Below, one piece after another: positions 34,958 through 46,182 of a DNA stretch of 64,000 nucleotides. Both the position numbers and the translations under genes were made by a program. Every line of letters starts with the position of its first letter. The first letter of the stretch is position 1. Under the pieces are notes generated by a model. It had not been told where the DNA came from. It saw only the letters and a program-made list of their open reading frames with translations, and searched no databases. Location of the stretch: NCBI GenBank assembly GCA_937625935.1, contig OW569379.1:389602-453601 (forward strand), in the 5' to 3' direction. The DNA comes from Tetramitus jugosus. Its lineage: Eukaryota > Protista > Heterolobosea.

Positions 34958-37090
34958 ATGGCCTCACCAAAGACACAAAGTGCTAAACAACTGACTCATG
35001 AAAGCACCAAGGACCTAGAGCTTGACTCTCTCCACGAAGACAGTAGCTTAAGCATCGGAGAAAAGGAAACGAAAGAAACCAATACCATCAAGGATTTGTT
35101 CAACAGATACAATCTCATTGTTATCCTGTTGGCCATCATTTTGATTGCTATTGGTTTAGCTACAGGTCTCATTGCCTTCTTTACCCTGCAGGCACGAGAC
35201 AAGAGAACAGCCAAAAAAATTCTGAGAGAATATTCTCAGACACAAGCAGATTACTTGCAAAAAGAGTTGGACAAGAGTGTGTTGATTGCAATTAACATCA
35301 AGGGACTGTTCGAAGTGATGCCTCTCGTTCAATATGCCAATTTTGAAGCGTTCATCAACACGACTGAAGTCCGCTCGAGAAATCCTGGTATCAACACGAT
35401 TGCTTATTGTCCACAGGTCAAGAAGGCAGATATCACCACGTTTGAGAATGAGATTCGGACTTCATTGGGTGGAAACTATGAAAATTTTACCATTTTTGAC
35501 ATGGATGCCTCCTTTACACATATTCCATTGCCTGACATGACACTGTACACACCATTGTTGTTCAGTGATCCATTCATTAGTTTGTTGATTGGTTATGATA
35601 TTGGTGCCTCTGTTTCCTTCAAGTTGGATGCCATCAACAGAGCAAGAGCCAGTCAAAAGAGTGCTGCTACATCAAAGACTTACTTTACTGTGCCTGGATT
35701 GGGAGAAAGACCTGTTTGTGAAATGTATTGTCCAGTGTTGCAAAATGGAGAGATTAAGGGTTTCTCTGGTGTTGCCTTCTTCATTTCTACCATGGTGGAT
35801 GCAGCCTTCTCGGACTATGTGCTCAGTCAAGTCGAAGTGTACTTGATGGATGATGACGTTGCAGATGTCAACACTGATGCTCATTACTTGTATAGTACAA
35901 CGGGCGAATTGAATTATTTGGCTGCTAGAAAGGCAATCAATAAGGCATCGTTCAGCGTGTCTCAAACCGTGTTCATGGCTGATAGACAGTGGAAGGCTGT
36001 TTTCCTACCAACAAACGGCTTTTTGAGAAGCAATGAGGGATATGAAAAGTGGATTGCACTGTTTGTTCCACTCGTTGTCTGTGTCATTCTCTCATTTGTG
36101 TTGGCTCTGTTCGTCAAGGGTTTCGAATACTCGGCCAAGATGAGAGAGATGGCCAAGGAGCGTGTGGTCATTTTGGAAACAGCGCAACATAAGCTTCAAA
36201 ACTTGTTGGACTCGATCGCAACTCAGGAGAAGAAGACACGTACCATTATCAACACTTTGACTGATGCTGTGATTGTGACTGATGAGCACGGTAAGCTCCT
36301 CAAGATTAACAACAGTTTTGAGAAGATGTTTGGTATGAACGAAGTCGAAATTCATAACAATACTCTGCAAAACATTTTTGTTGAAGCTGACAATAGAATC
36401 CTATTGGTGGACAATCCAATCGGTACTGACACTCAGGCAAAGAATCAATTTGGAAAGACATTCCCTGTTCAAGTGTTCTCTCAGAGCTTGGTCAAGCAAC
36501 CTGGTGCAGAAGAAGCCTATGTGTTGTCTGTGAGAAACATGTCTGATAAGGAGCAAATGCTTAGAGATCTTGCCAGTCAAAAGGACAGAATTAAGAACTT
36601 GGAAGAGAAGGCTGAGTTTGACAGTGAGTTTGCCGTCGAGTCATTCAGAAAGGACTTGCTCGAATTCTGCAAGCGTGAAGTCAACTCTGAAAATGTTGAA
36701 TTCCTCATTGCATTGCTCGAATATAAGAGTTTGCCATTCAACATGCGTGCTGAGAGAAAGATGAACATTTTCAACAAGTTCCTCAAGATTGGTGCACAGA
36801 ATCAATTGAACATCTCCAAGGAAATTTCAGACAGAATTGAACACAAGATTAAGAAGTCCAAGACTGCCGATACTGACTTGTTCGAGCATGTTGAAGACTT
36901 GGTGAAGGCAATGATCATTCAAGACATTTATCCAAGATTCAAGAAGTACCAAGAGAGTATCAGAAGAACATCTTCTGAAATTTCCTCATCCGATGCAGCA
37001 TCCAACGAGAGAATATCAACAGACAAGGATAGAGGAGAGCAACCAGCTTCACCTTCTTCCCCATCGCATCCCAACTTCTTGAACAAGTAA
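34958..37090 (+). CDS. TM-CHASE-TM-PAS-RGS sensory protein
   Basis: Two TMs flank a CHASE-like region (PGINTIAYCPQV, LIGYD). PAS: DAVIVTDEHGKLLKINNSFEKMFG. RGS: EFCKREVNSENVEFL, QLNIS, DIYPRF. Confidence 0.8.
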   Translation: MASPKTQSAKQLTHESTKDLELDSLHEDSSLSIGEKETKETNTIKDLFNRYNLIVILLAIILIAIGLATGLIAFFTLQARDKRTAKKILREYSQTQADYLQKELDKSVLIAINIKGLFEVMPLVQYANFEAFINTTEVRSRNPGINTIAYCPQVKKADITTFENEIRTSLGGNYENFTIFDMDASFTHIPLPDMTLYTPLLFSDPFISLLIGYDIGASVSFKLDAINRARASQKSAATSKTYFTVPGLGERPVCEMYCPVLQNGEIKGFSGVAFFISTMVDAAFSDYVLSQVEVYLMDDDVADVNTDAHYLYSTTGELNYLAARKAINKASFSVSQTVFMADRQWKAVFLPTNGFLRSNEGYEKWIALFVPLVVCVILSFVLALFVKGFEYSAKMREMAKERVVILETAQHKLQNLLDSIATQEKKTRTIINTLTDAVIVTDEHGKLLKINNSFEKMFGMNEVEIHNNTLQNIFVEADNRILLVDNPIGTDTQAKNQFGKTFPVQVFSQSLVKQPGAEEAYVLSVRNMSDKEQMLRDLASQKDRIKNLEEKAEFDSEFAVESFRKDLLEFCKREVNSENVEFLIALLEYKSLPFNMRAERKMNIFNKFLKIGAQNQLNISKEISDRIEHKIKKSKTADTDLFEHVEDLVKAMIIQDIYPRFKKYQESIRRTSSEISSSDAASNERISTDKDRGEQPASPSSPSHPNFLNK

Positions 37091-37366
37091 GGAGACAAAA
37101 GAACTCTGATATGCAGTATATCAGTTGGCTGTCACAATGTTGAGATGTTTGAATTGCTCCACAGCTTGAGCTACACATCGGATTCCCCTCATTTGGCCTC
37201 ATTTTTTCATGACTAAGCAAGGCTGCACGCGAAAGGCACGACCATCGAGGTTTGACTCAATAAACCATTTTCACTATTCTCTTTGGTCCACCTTCATTTC
37301 CCCGCGCGTCTACAACAAAACGATCGTTTTTCATTGTTTCTCCGTTTTGGCATCACCTAAGTAACA

Positions 37367-40216
37367 ATGAGTCAATATGAACATGTGAGTTCACGATATA
37401 GAAATGGAACTAGCTCGAGTGAAGCAGGTTCCACGCAACTCTTGATGAACACTCCCAGGAGCTACAACAAGGAAACTCCCATCACCACCAGGAGCATCAG
37501 TGCAACAACTCCTAGGAGTTCATCAAAGCTAGGTATGAGAATATCAACAAACTCATCAAAGAATGGAACCCAGAATTCCGTGTCCTTGGGAACAACACCC
37601 AATCAAAGCTCCCAAAAAGCAAAACTATCCACTCATTCTGTTGCTTCAGCCACTATTCCGTTTCCAAAGGTAGTGACATCGAGTGGATATGGCAAAGGTA
37701 TGTTTACTTCTTGTGGAGGAAATTTTGATTACTTTTCTCACATGTTTGGATTGATAGACACAAAGAGAAGATCTACAAGGACTCACGTACTCTCTATGAC
37801 TCCAGCTACTAGCTCTCCCTTCACTACACCAAAGAGCCAGATCAAAGGGAACATTCATCTCCATAGTTCAGTCATTGATTCTCCTCCGGATTTTCCAGGA
37901 AAGAGCACTGGCGATTTATTGTCCACTTTGAAAGATTCCCTACCGAGAGGAGAGGTTAGATGTATGTGCACAGTTGGAAATTACATATGGACAGGAGGAA
38001 CATTTGGACAGATGGGTATTTATTCCAACAACAACACTTACGAGAACATTGAGACCAAAACCATATGGAGACCGACCGATTCATTCTCTGTCCTCGCAAC
38101 AATCTCAGTGGGAAATGAAAAGGATGTTCATACGATAGATAATAAGATTTGGAGTGGATTTCATTCCGGAAAGGTGGCAGTGTGGAATTTTGAGACAATG
38201 AAGAAGGAACACGAGATTTCAGGTCATCATGATGCAGTTACTTCTATAATACAGGCAGGTGACAAGGTATGGAGTTCATCAATGGATGGCACGATCAGGA
38301 TATGGGATTCTCAGACATTACAACCTTTGAACAAGCATGATGACCATAAATGTCCCGTAAGATGTATGGCACTTATTCCTTCATTGAAGGAAGTGTGGAC
38401 AGCGGGGGATGATGGAGTGATCATTATCAGAGATGCAGATACAGGAGAGCCGAGGACTGGGATAGAAATGACAGACAACATCGCAACTCTCTTTCTGGTT
38501 GTGGTTTCCAATGGAAATGTCTGGTCTGGTCATGGAGACGGAAAGTTAAGAGTATGGGATTCTACCGAGAGGGTGTGCTTGAAGGAGATTCAAGCCCATA
38601 CATCAGAACCTACTCATCTCATCTCAACATCAAAACAAGTATGGAGCAGTAGTTCTGATAAGTTAATTCGAATTTTCGACAGTGATAGCATGAAAGAATT
38701 GAAGAAGATTAGGGCTGTTACGGTCTGGGTATTATCTATGTTGTGCCTAACTAAAGAAAGAGTTTTTGCAGTATGTTCTGATAAAAAGATTCGAGTTTGG
38801 AAGTGTGAGGGAGAGCAATTAACGTTAAAACTACCGAAACCAGCGTCAGCAGTTAAGAAATACGAAGTCACCTCAGGGCAAAAAAAATTGTCTTCGTCGT
38901 TCACTCATTCGAGAGCTCATTCTGTGGATAATTCATTGATGCGTTCATTAGAGATGAGTGAAGAAGCATTTGACTTGTTAAATGGAGTTGTTGAGTTTCC
39001 AGACAATGAACCTGTTAATACTATCGATCTACCTCTACACTCTCAACTTACTCGTTTACACCATGTACCGTCTCCAATGGTTTCTCCCATCCTAACTCAA
39101 CAACAATTAAAACAAAGGTATGCTCCTCCATTGGAGAGAAAAGTGTCACAATCACAAGGGATTCTTCTTTCTCCTGAGTTTTCTGTGCCTCATGCACCAG
39201 ACAATTCATATGATAGCAGTGACGATGATGATGATGATGAGGATGTTCATACAGCGATGAAGGAGGCTTTTGAGAAAGAGATAGTCATCTTACGACAGCA
39301 ACTACAGGAGGCCACATCTAGGATAGGCAAGTACCGAACAAAATTGAGAACAAGAAGGACAAAGTTACATGAAAAAGAAACAGAGAACAAAGGATTTCAA
39401 ATGAAGTACAACATCATGCAAGAAGAGTTGTACTCACTACGCGGAGAAATGGTTGAGCTTCACCAGCAATTGTCTGAAAAAGATTCAAGTATAGATCAAC
39501 TACAAGGTGAAAGAAAGCAAATAATGGCCAGATTATTATCCATTTATTCAACAGTGTCTAGTGGAAAAAATATAGCTGATGAGCACGATTCCTCCAAAGA
39601 AGTCTCAATCCGAGCATTGGAAAAAGTAGCTTTGCAGATAGAAATGGATGTTCAGTTAATTCGATTTAATTCGATCCAACATTCAATCTCGACCGAGGAT
39701 GTGTCAGGCAGTTCACTCGACGAGGTGTTAAAGGAGAATCGGAAATTGAAGGAGAAACTTAGTGAATTAAAACCGGTAGTAGATCTGTGTAAGGATGATA
39801 TACGGAATCTTCTGGACGAGATTACAATTTTGGAGGAGAGGAACCAACAATTGAGTAACAGTATCCAGGGGAGGAGGGAAGGACAACAACATTTAACGAT
39901 GACTAGATCAAACTCAGATCAAATTTCTGCCCAAAATCATGATCTTGTTAATCTCTTGGCTTTAACAGAACAATCAATGCTTTCAGTACTAGAGGATGTG
40001 AATGATTTGAGAAATGTGATCGAACAAGAACATAGTTCTGCATCACTTTCTCTTCAAAACAACAGCTTCCAAAAGGATTTCAGTTTCAGTGATGAGACGG
40101 TTTTGGGGAATACAACAAGAGATTTAGAAGTGTCTGCGGACCTAGAACAACAAATAATATCGGATTGGGTCGATGGAATCGTGAAAAAAATGAACGATGT
40201 GTATGGCGAGTGTTGA
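37367..40216 (+). CDS. WD40-repeat protein with C-terminal coiled coil
   Basis: GH...VWSSSMDGTIRIWD, VWTAGDDG and VWSGHGDGKLRVWD repeats; long heptad region after aa ~630. Confidence 0.85.
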   Translation: MSQYEHVSSRYRNGTSSSEAGSTQLLMNTPRSYNKETPITTRSISATTPRSSSKLGMRISTNSSKNGTQNSVSLGTTPNQSSQKAKLSTHSVASATIPFPKVVTSSGYGKGMFTSCGGNFDYFSHMFGLIDTKRRSTRTHVLSMTPATSSPFTTPKSQIKGNIHLHSSVIDSPPDFPGKSTGDLLSTLKDSLPRGEVRCMCTVGNYIWTGGTFGQMGIYSNNNTYENIETKTIWRPTDSFSVLATISVGNEKDVHTIDNKIWSGFHSGKVAVWNFETMKKEHEISGHHDAVTSIIQAGDKVWSSSMDGTIRIWDSQTLQPLNKHDDHKCPVRCMALIPSLKEVWTAGDDGVIIIRDADTGEPRTGIEMTDNIATLFLVVVSNGNVWSGHGDGKLRVWDSTERVCLKEIQAHTSEPTHLISTSKQVWSSSSDKLIRIFDSDSMKELKKIRAVTVWVLSMLCLTKERVFAVCSDKKIRVWKCEGEQLTLKLPKPASAVKKYEVTSGQKKLSSSFTHSRAHSVDNSLMRSLEMSEEAFDLLNGVVEFPDNEPVNTIDLPLHSQLTRLHHVPSPMVSPILTQQQLKQRYAPPLERKVSQSQGILLSPEFSVPHAPDNSYDSSDDDDDDEDVHTAMKEAFEKEIVILRQQLQEATSRIGKYRTKLRTRRTKLHEKETENKGFQMKYNIMQEELYSLRGEMVELHQQLSEKDSSIDQLQGERKQIMARLLSIYSTVSSGKNIADEHDSSKEVSIRALEKVALQIEMDVQLIRFNSIQHSISTEDVSGSSLDEVLKENRKLKEKLSELKPVVDLCKDDIRNLLDEITILEERNQQLSNSIQGRREGQQHLTMTRSNSDQISAQNHDLVNLLALTEQSMLSVLEDVNDLRNVIEQEHSSASLSLQNNSFQKDFSFSDETVLGNTTRDLEVSADLEQQIISDWVDGIVKKMNDVYGEC

Positions 40217-40366
40217 GAATACAAATCTCGTTGTATTCATGCACAATTCTCCGCAACTCTGCTAAAATAAATAGATCCCACAGAATATTCGCTGATCCAA
40301 CGCCATGTTTCTGATATCTTGGAAGTTTTTTGATTGGAATCTCAGTTTCATCGTGAAGAAACAAAA

Positions 40367-41551
40367 ATGATGAAACATTGCGAGTCAAGAGCCACTCAGG
40401 AGTATTGGGACAGTTTGTTGAAAATTGAGTCTGGTGAAGGGATTGACCTGAATTCGTTAAATCGAACAAAGCTCTCACCTCTCCTAAAGTATGGTGATAG
40501 AGAGGTGAAGGAAGAGATTGTGAAGAATTTTGAAAGTATGATTTTTCGCAAGGGTGTCCAGCGAACAACGGAGGCTCCCATTCCCACAGATGATGATCCA
40601 TCGTCGAGAATACAAGATAACAGTCGCACCTGCTATGAAGAAGATGAAATTTTGTTGTTAAAGTTCGGTCTGCTGTACATTCAACAATCGTCCATGAGCA
40701 ACGATTTTCTAATTCAACAATTTAGTAATTTGTTGTACACAATAATGGATAAACAAGCACAGAAAGCAAGTTGTGGACTAATGTTCGAGAGATATCAGAA
40801 TCTTGCTATCTCATCAGAGCCAAAGATAACCATTTCAAGTTACAAGAATCTGAGTTCATTGTTGTACAACAACAGGGCGAAATGCTATCGAAAGCTGAAC
40901 AATCTACAATTGGCATTACTAGACTACAATAGTGCCATCGAAGCATGTCCCAAGTTCGCCCTTGCAGTGTACAACCGTGGTTTGTGTTACCAGGCCATGA
41001 AAGAGTACTTTAACGCAATAGAAGATTTCTCGGTCTGTTTAACTATCGATCCTACGAGTAGTGTCGATTATTGGGGGAGAAGAGCCCAGTGTTATGAAGC
41101 ACTGGGAATGAAACAGCTGGTGATCGATGATTATTCAAAACTTCTGAATCAACTAGTGCAAGGGGATTCTATCGAGGAACGAAGAGAAAGTCAAATGGAA
41201 AATAAATACGACAACCAACTGAAGGAAGAGCGGAACAAGGTAGTTTGTCGAACACTTACTCGTCGCGCTCATTTGTATCACGAGTTGGGAAGATACAAAT
41301 TAGCAATCAAAGACTATGATCAAGCATTATGTATGGATCCTCATGACCACAAACTCTGGTTCAACAAGGCTTCAGATCATCTCAGGCTCAGCGAGCATTA
41401 TCTGGCTCTCCAGTCCATGAATAAGGCAATATCTCACTGCACGATAGAGACAGAGAAAAATGTTCTGGACAAGTATGAGAAGGTGAGGAGGACTTTGATT
41501 GAAATGAGTCGCAAAGATAGAGGTGTCGCTGATTCTCCAAGCAGTCCTTGA
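40367..41551 (+). CDS. TPR-repeat protein
   Basis: YNNRAKCY...ALLDYNSAI, YNRGLCY...AIEDFS, RRAHLY...AIKDYDQAL; first ATG at 40367. Confidence 0.85.
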   Translation: MMKHCESRATQEYWDSLLKIESGEGIDLNSLNRTKLSPLLKYGDREVKEEIVKNFESMIFRKGVQRTTEAPIPTDDDPSSRIQDNSRTCYEEDEILLLKFGLLYIQQSSMSNDFLIQQFSNLLYTIMDKQAQKASCGLMFERYQNLAISSEPKITISSYKNLSSLLYNNRAKCYRKLNNLQLALLDYNSAIEACPKFALAVYNRGLCYQAMKEYFNAIEDFSVCLTIDPTSSVDYWGRRAQCYEALGMKQLVIDDYSKLLNQLVQGDSIEERRESQMENKYDNQLKEERNKVVCRTLTRRAHLYHELGRYKLAIKDYDQALCMDPHDHKLWFNKASDHLRLSEHYLALQSMNKAISHCTIETEKNVLDKYEKVRRTLIEMSRKDRGVADSPSSP

Positions 41552-41823
41552 GTGTTTTCTGACAAATCGCATCACAATGAGTGTACTGATCATCCTGCAG
41601 AGCAGAAGAATTGATAGGATCGGATTGTCTAACCACCGTCAGAGTTGATTGGTGAATACCACGTCATCTTTTTGATTGGAGTGTCCATATCGAAGTGACA
41701 CCCATGTTGATACAAATCCTTTGTTGGTTACTTTATGATTGTTGTAGTTAGTTGGAGAAACGATAAACAACTAGAAAAGCTCATCAAGTTAGATCCGGCA
41801 ATAAATTCTCTACGAAACCTTCT

Positions 41824-44385
41824 TTACATTTCATCCAAAAGAGGAGCTCTGACACCCACAGACGACTTATTGATATCCATTTGAAACCTTTCAGAGGATT
41901 TGTATCTTGAAAGCGTATCGGTACTCATCAGAAGTTCTAATTCTTGCTTCACTCTCTCAAACAGAGTGTGGTCGATGGTGACTGTATCATTCTTTTGAAT
42001 CTTATCCAGCACTTCCATTTTCATTGATTCATTGATATTCACGGTGTACAACCCATTGAGAGAAAAGTATTTGTCATACAACTCTTTGGCGAACCTCATG
42101 CGTTCATGTCTGTCAATTATCGTCCTATACTCTTGAATCTTGTTCCAAATTGAAATATTCTCCTGAGATCTTTCAGCAATGCAGAACTGTTCGAATGATT
42201 CCCTCAACACTTCATCTTGTAAGATGTCTCCCATTTGGAGCGACTGAACAACGAGTTTGGTTTGCTTTTGGAGGTCTAAAGCCTTCTGTAAGTACGCCTC
42301 AGCAACTCCATCTCTTTCTGATGACTCTTGACAAACTTTCTCAAATTCTTTGACTGAATCACCGTAGCGTCCATGCAAGAACAGATCAAGGGCAGTGTTG
42401 AAAGTTTCCTTCTGTGCTAACTTTCCGGTATCCTCGGGATGCAACAACTCGTATACTTCCATACTATCTTGATACTTGTCGGTGGATGATGCTTTAAAGG
42501 AGGCAACAGATCCTATTCTTCTCACTTGATATCTTTTCGCATTCTTGTAGCAAGCAGAGATTACATTCTTGGTCGTTAGAGTTCTGGCTTGCAATTTGTT
42601 CGTCAATCGAGTGAGAGCTGTCTTGATATGAGAATGAGAAGGACTGAGAATCGCACCATCAATTCTTTCATTTTCTCCCAATGTGCCAATCAGTGCTGAA
42701 TCTGAATGAATTCTTGTTCCGAGTCGAATGTCGACATATGGTTGATCTTCATTGAACATGTTGATTGTTTCTTGCATTTCCAAACTTGCTTTCACTGCTT
42801 TCTCAGCACTCTTAAAGAGGGCAGTGAATCTCTCACCTTGATATGATTGAATGAATCCATCATACTTTCGAATCAATGGTCCCACAAATGTCAGATATTG
42901 GTTCAACAAACTGAACAACTCTTCATCATTCATTAGCTGAGACACTGCTGCAAAGTCTAATACTTCAACCTCCATTAGAGTTAGTTTATCTTTCTTGATG
43001 TGCATGCCGAGTTTGATATCAGTGATACGTTTGCAACCAATCATATGAAGGAAGCCCTTTGGAACAAACTTTGCAATCGCCAATTCTTGGATTCGGTTCA
43101 TTCTTCTCCATGGAGAAATAATGGTACTGGAAAGAACAACTGCTGTGACAATTGAGAGAACTGCAAACAGGAAGGCAATGATGCAAAAGACAACAATTTG
43201 CACAATCGAGTTTCTTCCTTGACTCAACGCACTCTCAAACATGGAGTCGACTATAGATCCCTCAATTATCCTTAGTTCTGCAACAAGACGAGCTAAAACA
43301 TTGCTATACAATTTCGCATCAGCTGGATTGAAAGAAAGAGAGCCGTTGTTGTTCGTCACAGCATATTCAATGAGCATGTTCACTTCAGTCAAATTGTAAT
43401 ACCTCAGTGGATTTGTCAAGGATCCCTGATCCAAAAAGAATTCTTCAAGTGTCCTTTTGTTCTGAGTGGTCAAGAACAACATCTGATAGATTTCAAACTC
43501 TTTTTTGAAAGACAACCAAGCAGTGAATCGCTGAACGCCAATAGATGCGCCAAACAATAAATTCATGGCTCCAGGTTTCATCTTCTCCGTTGCTTCAATG
43601 AGGCGAGCAACAAAGAGATACGTAGTTCCTTTGTAACCTAAGTCAGCCACCTCTATCACCTTTGTCTGCAACAATAGAGCAGAATGAATAGCTTTTTGAT
43701 AATAACGGAAGCTATCGCTGGAACTGATTGTTCTAGACTGAACTTCTTTTCGATTTTGATCAGTGAGACCTTCCAAATATTTCAAGTCATCAAAGTAGAG
43801 ATGGAGTTGTTCATACTTATTTCCTAGATACTCGTGAAGTTGAGACTGCTCAGTATACATTTCACTCTGTTTCTTTTGTGTGTTACCCATCGCTGCACGC
43901 AGGAGCAAAGTTACATTCCCAAAATTGGCATCTGTCACGTTCGTAGACAAGTACACAGTGGAGTACGTTCTCTCATCTTGCAGAGCCATAATATACTTGG
44001 ACATGTGATAAACAAACGTATTGGTTTCTTTGTGTATGATTGAACGATGGGTCGATGTTCCAGCATTGGTCAACGTCAGAATGACAAACAATGTCATTCC
44101 CACAATGCTCACCAAGCACATGACAATCAACTTGATTGGCAGCGGTGTGCGTTCCATGAGACCAATAATACCCTTGCGATGCAATTGTAGAAGATTGTCA
44201 GACAGGGTGTGCTCAGTTGAATCATTATGGAAGTCAGTGTCCGTGGTTCCTGCATCCAATTGGCTGGTAGGCACACCATCCATTCCCACGCTGTTCTGCT
44301 GAACATGGGAGTGTGTACCACTGTCAGCATATGCAAGATCCTGCATCTCAATATCATCGAGATGATTGGGTACCAGAATACTCAT
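41824..44385 (-). CDS. TM-NIT-like-TM-degenerate class III cyclase-RGS protein
   Basis: NIT-like ALQDERTYSTVYL; KFVPKGFL/LG linker; cyclase-like fold (LNQYL..VGPLIRKYDGFI, GTLGENER); RGS FCIAERSQENISIW, TVNI, TLSRY. Likely ATG 44385 (ORF open to 44538). Confidence 0.8.
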   Translation of the reverse strand: MSILVPNHLDDIEMQDLAYADSGTHSHVQQNSVGMDGVPTSQLDAGTTDTDFHNDSTEHTLSDNLLQLHRKGIIGLMERTPLPIKLIVMCLVSIVGMTLFVILTLTNAGTSTHRSIIHKETNTFVYHMSKYIMALQDERTYSTVYLSTNVTDANFGNVTLLLRAAMGNTQKKQSEMYTEQSQLHEYLGNKYEQLHLYFDDLKYLEGLTDQNRKEVQSRTISSSDSFRYYQKAIHSALLLQTKVIEVADLGYKGTTYLFVARLIEATEKMKPGAMNLLFGASIGVQRFTAWLSFKKEFEIYQMLFLTTQNKRTLEEFFLDQGSLTNPLRYYNLTEVNMLIEYAVTNNNGSLSFNPADAKLYSNVLARLVAELRIIEGSIVDSMFESALSQGRNSIVQIVVFCIIAFLFAVLSIVTAVVLSSTIISPWRRMNRIQELAIAKFVPKGFLHMIGCKRITDIKLGMHIKKDKLTLMEVEVLDFAAVSQLMNDEELFSLLNQYLTFVGPLIRKYDGFIQSYQGERFTALFKSAEKAVKASLEMQETINMFNEDQPYVDIRLGTRIHSDSALIGTLGENERIDGAILSPSHSHIKTALTRLTNKLQARTLTTKNVISACYKNAKRYQVRRIGSVASFKASSTDKYQDSMEVYELLHPEDTGKLAQKETFNTALDLFLHGRYGDSVKEFEKVCQESSERDGVAEAYLQKALDLQKQTKLVVQSLQMGDILQDEVLRESFEQFCIAERSQENISIWNKIQEYRTIIDRHERMRFAKELYDKYFSLNGLYTVNINESMKMEVLDKIQKNDTVTIDHTLFERVKQELELLMSTDTLSRYKSSERFQMDINKSSVGVRAPLLDEM

Positions 44386-45112
44386 CTTGTTTGTTCGTTT
44401 TGGTGGTGGACGTTCTTTACCAAGATCCGGTAACGAATACCTGTTCATGACATGTGAACCATGACAACCCTCGTCAGAAGAACAGGGGACGCAGAAATTG
44501 TCCACATGCAGTAATCTCATTATTATCCGACATACCAAAATCAGAAAGCACCCGGAATTTTACAGGAAAAGTTGGCGCCCAGATGCTCAATGAAAAGTGT
44601 GAAGTGGAACCCATACCATGAAGATAAAAGTTTGATAGATCCATCTGGACCTTGACCACTTGGAGCTCACAGTATCGCGTCTCTAGAATGATGAATGGCA
44701 TAACTACAGACTACAGGTCACATTCGAAGAAAGGACAGCATAATCAGACTCTTGACATCTTGTTTTGATAGAACACCAAACCTCCCAACAAACGAAAGGC
44801 AATGAAATGAGAAGTGAGAGTATTCCATCGTGGAGAGATTTCTGTGCTGTGTGTTGAAGAATACAAGCCCGAAGTTACTTGACCATCCATTGTTTCAGCA
44901 CTGTTTTACCCATGAATAGGACAGCCATCATTGAACCATTCAAGTTCTCAAATATCATAAGGCAACGACCAATGCGATCTCTTGGTTTTCTGAGATAGAG
45001 GAGGATGTGTTGTTAGTGAACAGAGAAATTCACTATTTATTGTCTAGCTGGATACAACAACGAATGAAAGTTGAATGCATCTGTCGCTAGGCTATATCTT
45101 TTGTTTCATTGC

Positions 45113-45937
45113 TCATTTCTTGCAACACACTTGTGCAACACGCTCGTCAGAAGGAGTATCGGAAAGGGAGTTACCCTGTTGATTTTTCTCTTCAGGAAGT
45201 CCATCTCTCGACTTGAAAAAAGGGAACCAATTGATAATCAAAGACCATAGTGAGGGTCTAGCTCGTGGTGGAACATTTCTAAACTGTTCTTCAATCGAAG
45301 CAGGACTTGCCATCATCATATTCCATTCACTTGGGGGAACCTTCAAATCAGGGGAGATTTGATCGTAGTCCGAGAAAGTAACATCGTAGTTTAGATTCAT
45401 GAACTTATTTATGGAAGACAACAAATCTGTGGTAGAGTTCTTTCTCAAGGGCTCATACTCAGACTCCATGAATCCTCCTTTCCCAAAACAAGTCAAAAGT
45501 TGATCAGCTGACTTCATACCAACTCGTTCGAAGTGATCAATACTGTCCTTGACATAAGCTTGTGATGGAAGAAAAACCTCTCCTCGAGTCAACACGAGGA
45601 TGACAGGAGGGGGTTTCTGAAATAATTCGTTTTCAAAAAATTGGTAGCTTTCTGCGTGATACTTCTTGATGCTAGTTGCCTCCATGACAAAGATTATCAG
45701 GGCTACATTGTTACGATCTCGCGCTTCTTTGTAAATCTCTTGCTTCTTTGCAAGGACTTCCTCTCTCCTTGGTGGAGGGAAACAGAACTCTACTAAATCA
45801 TAAGAGTCTGATTCGGGTTCCAAGCAATCAATTATTGCTGTTTTACCTTCACTAATTTAACCACAAACCATTACGGTTGGTTTTAAGGAAGTTTGAATCT
45901 TGATTACACAATCTTCGGTCATTGGTATCTCGTTCAT
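45113..45937 (-). pseudogene. P-loop GTPase-like gene (AIG1/MMR_HSR1-like) with in-frame TAA inside Walker A
   Basis: ATG 45937 reads ...VMVCG*ISEGKTAII in frame with ORF 45823-45113. Shares LIIFV, PVILVLT and TCF blocks with the neighbouring GTPase. Confidence 0.6.
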
Positions 45938-46182
45938 TTTGTTGTTTTTTGTGCTGATATTTGGCTTTTGTGATGTGCACATCTGACAAATTACTAACAG
46001 AGGGCAGATTACAATAAGATTCACTGATTGGATAATTGAAAAAAAGGAAGGAGTATGTTTACAACAAGAGAATTTGATTGGGCATAGTTTTCGCCTTCGT
46101 TCCTTACTTTAAACAAGAGGATCTTGACAGACTACAACAAAAAAACACAAAAATCGTTCATAGAAAGTACTAGCATTATACC

